NCBI RefSeq assembly: GCF_009914755.1
Contig: NC_060930.1
Origin: the human T2T-CHM13v2.0 reference genome, Homo sapiens
Direction: 5' to 3' (one strand)
DNA length: 64,000 nucleotides
Position numbers and translations under genes: made by a program. Of the stretch, positions 61,362 through 64,000 are shown piece after piece (the stretch's first letter is position 1; the number at the start of each line of letters is the position of its first letter). The notes beneath the pieces are model-generated. The model had not been told where the DNA came from. It searched no databases and was given only the letters and a program-made list of their open reading frames with translations.

Positions 61362-61942
61362 GTAAGGCTGAGATCTCCGCTAGGCTTCTTTCCCTTTAGT
61401 GCTGTATTCGTGTTGTTTTTGTTTTTTTCTGTCCTTTAGGGAGCCTTAGTCTAGATGTCGGGGTGGCTTGTGGATAACGCTCTGGATTTTTATAGGGTGA
61501 GGGTAGTGGTGGGTGAGGTTTTTTGAGTCCTCCTCGGTTTTCTCTAGTGTGTTTGGGGGGTGGGGCTTTCTCTCGGCGCCTGCTGGCCGTAGCGAGGTGG
61601 GCTGTGGGGTTGGGGCAGTGGGCGGCTGGCAGCTGCACGTGGTGGCCGCGCGGCCCGGGACGCTGCCATTTTTGCCCCTCCACTTCCGGACGCGGCTACG
61701 GGGCGTCGGAGGGGGACCGCAGGGTGGCGGGGGTGCCCGCTCGGGTGACTCAGCACGGCCTTGTGGGACTGGCTTTGTCACCTCTCTTATCGGACGCGTT
61801 GTTAAAGCCTTCTTGGGTGCTTTGTTTCTGTGAGGGAGGGTTGACGGTGTGGGAAGAGAGCTTTCGGTCTCCAGCACCCGATACTCCCTCCTTCCAGATC
61901 TTTCTTGCAGTCCCGGTGGAGGAGGGGCGGGGAGGGGAGCAG

Positions 61943-62016
61943 GTTCTGGAAGATTCATGGGCTCCTTCCTCCGCCCTTCCTCGAGAGCTGAGATTGTTCT
62001 GGAAGCTTCTGGATTC
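61943..62016. promoter_or_regulatory. Two intronic heat-shock elements (HSF1 sites)
   Basis: gTTCtgGAAgaTTCa at 61943-61957 and gTTCtgGAAgcTTCt at 61996-62010; both are perfect three-unit nGAAn arrays. Confidence 0.88.
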
Positions 62017-62795
62017 TGGCGCCCCGCCCCAGTGCCCGGATGCTGGGGCGAGGGAGGGTGCACTGCGGCGCCCCCTCCTCGCGTGGTCCTGGCCGACGCA
62101 TGTCCGGCAGTGACGAGTGTCGGCCTGGTGGCTACGGCCACCATCTTTCTTGGGTTTGGTCCTGTTCTGTAATTTTGTGCTGTGAAAGGGTCGTGGTGGA
62201 GCTTTTGGCTTATCGATTCTTTGTCCGGATTTAATTGCTCCTCCGGTGGGTATCGTATGGATCCCAGGTTATTCCTCCCTGCCCTATGGGGCAGGAGTGT
62301 CCCGCCCTTGGACTGGTCTTAGGAACTGACACCTCAGGGGGAGCAGTTTAAAGTTAGTGCCATTTTTATCTTAAACTAGTCACTTTGACCTCCCCCAAAT
62401 AAAGAACTGTAGGTAGTGATTTTCACATTTAAATTTGTGTAAGGATTACTTGGGATCTCTAGATACCTGGGTTGGACCAACATTATGATTTTTCTGCCAT
62501 ACTACCAGATGATGCTGAGGCTGCTGGTCACCATTCTTTAAGTAGGTGGGTTCTGTGACATTTGGTTGAAGAATATTTAGCTTATTTTCTTTTTCCTTCT
62601 GAATTTTCAGGCCTCCCACTTAGTGTGTAGTCTGAGATCTTTAAGAGAATGCATTTTTAGTCTTGGGAAGGGATAGTACTCCGGTTAAACCAGTCTGAAC
62701 TCACTGTCTAAGGTCCTGACAAATGATATGACCTTTAGGATTTTTAAACATGGGGCCTTAGTGTTCTTTTGTAATTAATGAGATTTTTATTTTAG

Positions 62796-62990
<195 letters not shown>

Positions 62991-63163
62991 TAGAAGGAGG
63001 GGAAAGGAGTGGTTTGGCCTTTGTTGGGGACTACTATTGAAGGGGGTAAACTTGCAGCTATTCCAAAAAGATGGGTTTTACTCTGGCCATCTTGAACTTG
63101 GAAGGGACTATGTCCAGAATAAGTGGGCTCATGGAACTAACTGGTTCTAAAGCCTCAAGATAG

Positions 63164-63796
<633 letters not shown>

Positions 63797-63818
63797 TAAA
63801 ACTTGTGATTGACTTTAA

Positions 63819-63998
<180 letters not shown>

Positions 63999-64000
63999 GC

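Larger units (their letters stand above)
60120..62150 (+). promoter_or_regulatory. HSP90AB1 CpG-island promoter and intron-1 regulatory region
   Basis: CRE TGACGTCA 61136-61143; TATA box TATATAG 61236-61242; distal HSE-like gGAAacTGCtgGAAa 60615-60629; GC boxes. Confidence 0.9.

Noticed and set aside
60213-62144. 264-aa, 232-aa and 196-aa ORFs over the HSP90AB1 promoter
   Set aside because: CpG-island artefacts with low-complexity composition.

Overview
Mammalian (human-like, Alu-rich) genomic DNA. I recognise it as the MYMX - SLC29A1 - HSP90AB1 region (human 6p21.1 by recall, not verified here). About 1-30 kb is intergenic: dense Alus nested in old L1 and ERV1/MER4-group LTR remnants. 31648-31902 encodes the 84-aa muscle-fusion microprotein myomixer (MYMX/minion/myomerger), with an E-box-rich promoter and an L2-derived poly(A) signal. 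SLC29A1 (ENT1) has 12 coding exons (41479-47693) that splice to 1371 nt (456 aa), plus alternative upstream exons giving uORFs or in-frame N-terminal extensions. The window ends in the 5' part of HSP90AB1 (promoter, non-coding exon 1, coding exons 2-4). The standout small ORF is MYMX, which is already described in the literature rather than new. Less obvious observations: a direct repeat (unique flank plus Alu) bracketing MYMX, a splice-controlled uORF/N-terminal-extension switch in SLC29A1, oriented CTCF-like motifs, and two perfect hairpins. Nearly all other ORFs in the track are Alu-derived or GC-rich shadow ORFs.
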